Source: Bugula neritina (lineage: Eukaryota > Animalia > Bryozoa). From it: a stretch of DNA of 64,000 nt. A program made the translations under genes and the position numbers. The notes under the pieces are model-generated. The model had not been told where the DNA came from. It worked only from the letters and a program-made list of their open reading frames with translations, and searched no databases. This document shows, one piece after another, positions 62,541 through 64,000 of this stretch; position 1 is the stretch's first letter, and each line of letters opens with the position of its first letter. The stretch is from the NCBI GenBank assembly GCA_964035545.1, contig OZ037772.1, positions 3,377,538 through 3,441,537 on the forward strand, read 5' to 3'.

Positions 62541-62973
62541 ACCAATGACTTTTTTATATCATTTTATTATTAAATTAGAAGAGTTGAAGGCTTCTAATGA
62601 AAAGCTAAATTTAATATTTACTTATATTTTGTACTAGTTAATAGAACATACAATTAGTGCTGACAGTCTTGATTTTATTGTAAATTATATCTCATGAGCG
62701 TTTGCAAAAAAAGATACTTTTGCACTGTTTTTGTTCTGTTGTTTTTCATTTTTCTTAACAAAATAAAATAGCCATTACAGAGATCGGTGTAAGATCGCAA
62801 ACCTTTCACCAATGTTGTATGAAAACCATTTATGCAACGTTTATATGCAACACAACGTTTATGGAACGTCGGTGAAAGTTTTGCGATAAACGTTTGTTTT
62901 AAAAGTTGTATATAGTACAAAAATGTGTCGACATTTAAACGTTTATTAAACAATTTGTAAATTGTTGGTGGAG

Positions 62974-64000
62974 TGATTGTTAAAGAACTAGGGGGATGTT
63001 TTGATGGCTCTATAACTGAACCTGAAGAATCAGCTAGTGCTATACTAGACTGACTATACAAAGATATCAAGCAAGGCTATGTCAATTATTGTACTCGCGA
63101 TAATTTGCTATATCTCATAACGAGCTGCACAAAACCAAAGCAAGCAAGGGGCACTTTACAAAAACACAGAACCAGAAAGCAAGTCAGGAAACTGACAGTG
63201 CCTTCCTCCTATCAAAAAGGGAGACAACCAACTACTAACCAAAAAAATACTTAAACGGACACTTGATCTAAATTTGTCAAAATAAAAAAATAGTTGTTGT
63301 AAACATGGCAACTGCACAAGATGGTGCAGAGTTGTCCACCCAATGGTCCTGCTTCAAGGAAGAGTTCAACTATTCTTTAATAGCATCAGAAAAATCTGAT
63401 AAGGAGGATAAAATAAAAATGGCCATTCTAATGCGGACCATTAGACCGAGAGGTGTGGACATATTCAAAAGTTTCAAGTTTGGGGAAGGAGAATATAAAG
63501 ATGTTTACAAGGATGTCCTATATAGGAAAATTTGACAACTTTTGTAAAATGACCTCTAACAAAATAATCAAAAGACATCAACTGCTATCGACAAAACAGG
63601 AATGCTTATCAATAGATGAGTATGTCACCCACTTACATAGGATCGCCAGAAAATGTGACCTTGGTGACATGTATGATGTCTTTTTTATGCAGGCCTTTCT
63701 TCTTGGCATCAATGACACGGACAACTTTGGAGAAAATTGTTCAAGGAGTCAGAAAACATAGACCTCTAAAAAGCTATTAAAAGTGCAAAGTGGCTGAGAG
63801 CTCTCAGAGTGATATGAAGACTATTAAAGCGGAAGGAGAATCAATTCATACACTTGGTCTCAAGGCCACTAAAGCAAACAAAAGTGCCAAACTGTACTTA
63901 CGCACAACTGACAAGGAAGCGAATAATCCTGCCAAGTCTAACTGTGGAAACTGTGGCAACTCTCATCCTCCCGAAAATGCTTACGGCAAACAGTGTAGTA
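62974..64000 (+). mobile_element. Copia gag remnant (62974-~63170) fused to a frameshifted Gypsy gag (63305 to window end)
   Basis: 62974-63343 duplicates 59405-59774. Then WSCFKEEFNYSLIAS..KMAILMRTI..KFDNFC..IDEYVTHLHRIARKCDLG..LLGIND and a degenerate Zn knuckle CGNCGNSHPP..AYGKQC. Confidence 0.8.

Overview
AT-rich, intron-containing animal (probably invertebrate) genomic DNA. The dominant feature is a full-length, recently integrated 16.1-kb Maverick/Polinton (endogenous dsDNA virus-like element) at 41117-57252. It has AGTAGT...ACTACT ends, 180/206-bp terminal inverted repeats (TIRs) and a perfect 6-bp target-site duplication (TSD, AATGAA). All its genes lie on the + strand. The left part is spliced and has TATA/Inr promoters: a type II membrane glycoprotein-like ORF, a 3-exon gene whose C-terminus resembles an OB-fold ssDNA-binding protein, a 14-copy ~109-bp tandem array, an intron-containing protein-primed DNA polymerase B (pPolB) with a C2H2 zinc-finger exon and a VSR-like nuclease insert, and a Bcl-2-like ORF. 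The right part is a compact intronless block: packaging ATPase, two conserved ORFs, integrase with chromodomain, minor capsid, a small core-like protein, major capsid and an adenain-like protease. Two in-frame TGA codons (pPolB motif A and the small core-like gene) probably disable this copy. Outside the element there is one apparently intact host gene (7 coding exons, RING-Bbox-Bbox-coiled coil-beta-propeller TRIM protein, 15229-22343). The rest is debris: a fibrillar collagen pseudogene with a duplicated 3' end, a 3.4-kb 17-bp satellite, Penelope, Copia, Gypsy and hAT remnants, a solo Maverick terminus, SPOP and ZEB gene fragments and a DUF4806-like gene remnant. All protein family calls come from motifs recognised by eye, not from database searches.
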